Below, piece after piece: positions 33,113 to 34,763 of a stretch of 34,763 nucleotides of DNA. This DNA is from a virus (taxonomy: Duplodnaviria > Caudoviricetes), in the IMG/VR virus record IMGVR_UViG_3300049172_000065, positions 1-34,763 of that record. One strand, given 5' to 3'. The stretch's first letter is position 1. Each line of letters opens with the position of its first letter. Under the pieces are notes generated by a model that was not told the DNA's origin, did not search any database, and saw only the letters and a program-made list of their open reading frames with translations. The translations under genes were made by a program, and so were the position numbers.

Positions 33113-33396
33113 TCGACCGGGCGGCCGAGTGACTCGAGCAGGTCCTTGTGGGCCTTGGTGCCGACCTTCACGACGAGGCCCTGGTCGATGTAGCCGAGAC
33201 GTTCGGCGTTCTCGATCGGCACCGCGTCGCCTGGGTTGTAGGCCAGGGCGGTGCCGTGGTGGATCTGCTGGTTCGCGACGTACAGCCCGTACTCCTTCTG
33301 CTGTAGCGCGATCTGGTCCGCGAGTTCCGCGGTGATCGGGGAGACCGGCTCGGCGGGCACGGTCGGCTTGGCGTCAGCCACGATGGGCTCCTTCAC
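33109..33396 (-). CDS. Hypothetical virion-module protein (start may be 33381)
   Basis: Coupled between tail terminator and gp10; AYNPGDAVP motif. Confidence 0.65.
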   Translation of the reverse strand: MKEPIVADAKPTVPAEPVSPITAELADQIALQQKEYGLYVANQQIHHGTALAYNPGDAVPIENAERLGYIDQGLVVKVGTKAHKDLLESLGRPVE

Positions 33397-33815
33397 TGTA
33401 GGTGCAACTCGAGGTCGGTGATGAACCGGGCGCGCCCGGAAGTGGTGTCAGGGTTCGGGATGATCTGGCCGGCTACCGCGTTCGAGACGGTCGCTGCACC
33501 AGGGCTAGGGAGAGTCCAGGACCATGTCCCGCGCAGGTCTCTGGCTACTGACCGGACGGTGGCTGCGATCGCTTTGCAGGCGATCACGTCGGTGGTGGTG
33601 TTGCTCGCGCCCCACACGTCGACCTGGACTCTGGCGAGCAGGGTCTCGGGACGGAGTTCGTCGTCATCGACGAGGGACAGCACCAGCAGCGGCCAGGTCG
33701 GGTTCGAAGGGATCGCATAGTAGATGCGGGCACCGACAAGATCAGTCAGGGTCGGCTGCTGTAGCAGCGCCGCTCGAGCAACGATCGTCGAGTCAGGCAG
33801 AACCGGGGCCGGCAT
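33393..33815 (-). CDS. Tail terminator protein
   Basis: LVGARIY...P..P...RVQVDVW; synteny. Confidence 0.75.
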   Translation of the reverse strand: MPAPVLPDSTIVARAALLQQPTLTDLVGARIYYAIPSNPTWPLLVLSLVDDDELRPETLLARVQVDVWGASNTTTDVIACKAIAATVRSVARDLRGTWSWTLPSPGAATVSNAVAGQIIPNPDTTSGRARFITDLELHLQ

Positions 33816-33816
33816 G

Positions 33817-34146
33817 TCAGCCTCCCGTGATCCGGTAGCACGGGACCTCGAGGTGGTGGGGTCTGCCGCGCGCGCGCCACACCTCAGGCACTCCGTCGAT
33901 GTCGTAGTCCAGACCGAGGTGCCGCAGCCGGTCAGTAGGCTTCACGTCCGCATCTGCAGGCAGGAAACCTTTGTGGGTGGAGTCCGTTCGCTGCTGCGCC
34001 ACGACATCCTCAGAAGACGACAGGGGCTGCAGTTCGCCGGGGTAGTCGGTGGTGGTCGCGGTGCCCCAGTCGGGGATGTCGTCGCCGCCGTCCGGTGAGG
34101 GTGTGACGCCGGCACGGACCACGGTGACTGTGTCGCGGAACCGCAT
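33817..34146 (-). CDS. Head-to-tail stopper / head closure protein
   Basis: DTVTVVR...DW...QP...ADVKPTDRL...YDIDGVP..W...HHLEV. Confidence 0.8.
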   Translation of the reverse strand: MRFRDTVTVVRAGVTPSPDGGDDIPDWGTATTTDYPGELQPLSSSEDVVAQQRTDSTHKGFLPADADVKPTDRLRHLGLDYDIDGVPEVWRARGRPHHLEVPCYRITGG

Positions 34147-34155
34147 CGGCGCCTC

Positions 34156-34763
34156 CTACGGTCTCTCGGTGACACCGATGAACGGCCGCGGTGTATGTCC
34201 GATGTCGGGGCGGAACACGATCCCCCCAGCGGTGGTGAGGACGGTCCCACCTGCGGTCTGGGTGTGGATGGAGTCGTCGACCGTGAGCACATGGTCTTGC
34301 GTGAGGACCAAGCCGTCGGCCGTCTGGGCATGAATTGCGTCGAGTGCGACGAGGGCGTGCGCCTGGGTGAGCGTGACGCCCGCGGCTACCTGGGCCTGTA
34401 CAGCATCGGCAACAGTGAGCGCCGACCCGCCGGTGAGAGTCACCGATTCGGCGGCTTGCCCGTGGGTCGCGGCCTGCACCGTCAGCTGGTGGGCCTGGGT
34501 GAGGGTGACGTTCCCCGCTGTCTGGGTGTGTGTGGCGCTGTCGACGCCTAGAGTGCCGACATCCCACACGGTCGTTTCGGATCCGCGTGACACCCCAGCT
34601 GCGGCGTCCCAGCCGACCTTCTCGACCGTGATTGTTCCCGCGCCCACGTCGTCGGTGATCGTCATACGAATGTACTGACGGCACTGACCTACGGAGTTCG
34701 AGAAGAACCAGTCGAACTCGTTCGGGTTCCTGCCGCCGCCGACGTTGTGCATCGGTGCCGTGC
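34156..34763 (-). CDS. Virion protein with five 22-aa repeats, 5'-truncated at the window edge
   Basis: Frame is open to the window end; repeats L.V..A.H.Q.A..VTLTQ.H at about 34222-34551. Confidence 0.7.
   Translation of the reverse strand, partial: TAPMHNVGGGRNPNEFDWFFSNSVGQCRQYIRMTITDDVGAGTITVEKVGWDAAAGVSRGSETTVWDVGTLGVDSATHTQTAGNVTLTQAHQLTVQAATHGQAAESVTLTGGSALTVADAVQAQVAAGVTLTQAHALVALDAIHAQTADGLVLTQDHVLTVDDSIHTQTAGGTVLTTAGGIVFRPDIGHTPRPFIGVTERP

Larger units (their letters stand above)
1..34763 (-). mobile_element. Temperate actinobacteriophage (siphovirus) genome segment, unintegrated form
   Basis: Tail, lysis, integrase, repressor, replication and WhiB genes in typical actinophage order. 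attP is intact and internal. No host genes are visible. Confidence 0.95.

Overview
High-GC, ~35 kb stretch of a temperate siphovirus of an actinomycete host, shown in reverse orientation. It appears to be in unintegrated (virion/excised) form, because an intact attP carrying the 3' half of tRNA-Val(TAC) lies inside the window with phage genes on both sides. From left to right: probable genome end and terminase-associated HNH gene; a PH-like moron and a HicAB toxin-antitoxin pair; a Zn-finger/HTH putative late regulator; a long, tightly coupled minus-strand early operon (DnaB-N/AAA helicase, replication initiator with an internal iteron origin, a double-HNH nuclease, Sak4-like ATPase, WhiB, many small genes, excisionase); a divergent immunity region with two Xre-type HTH genes and a tyrosine integrase; attP; a plus-strand accessory cluster; the lysis cassette; a Tat-signal PIG-L deacetylase; and the tail and head-tail genes, truncated at the right edge. 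The most interesting signals are: (i) a 10-bp-phased TGTGTC array covering both switch promoters and recurring at attP, suggesting Xis doubles as Cro; (ii) a coupled pair of mini-genes resembling a stand-alone UVR motif and a UvrD/PcrA C-terminal Tudor domain, a possible DNA-repair decoy module; (iii) an exported PIG-L deacetylase whose SD and AUG are sequestered in a hairpin; (iv) a non-canonical -1 frameshift site in the tail chaperone. All family calls come from reading motifs by eye; no searches were run.
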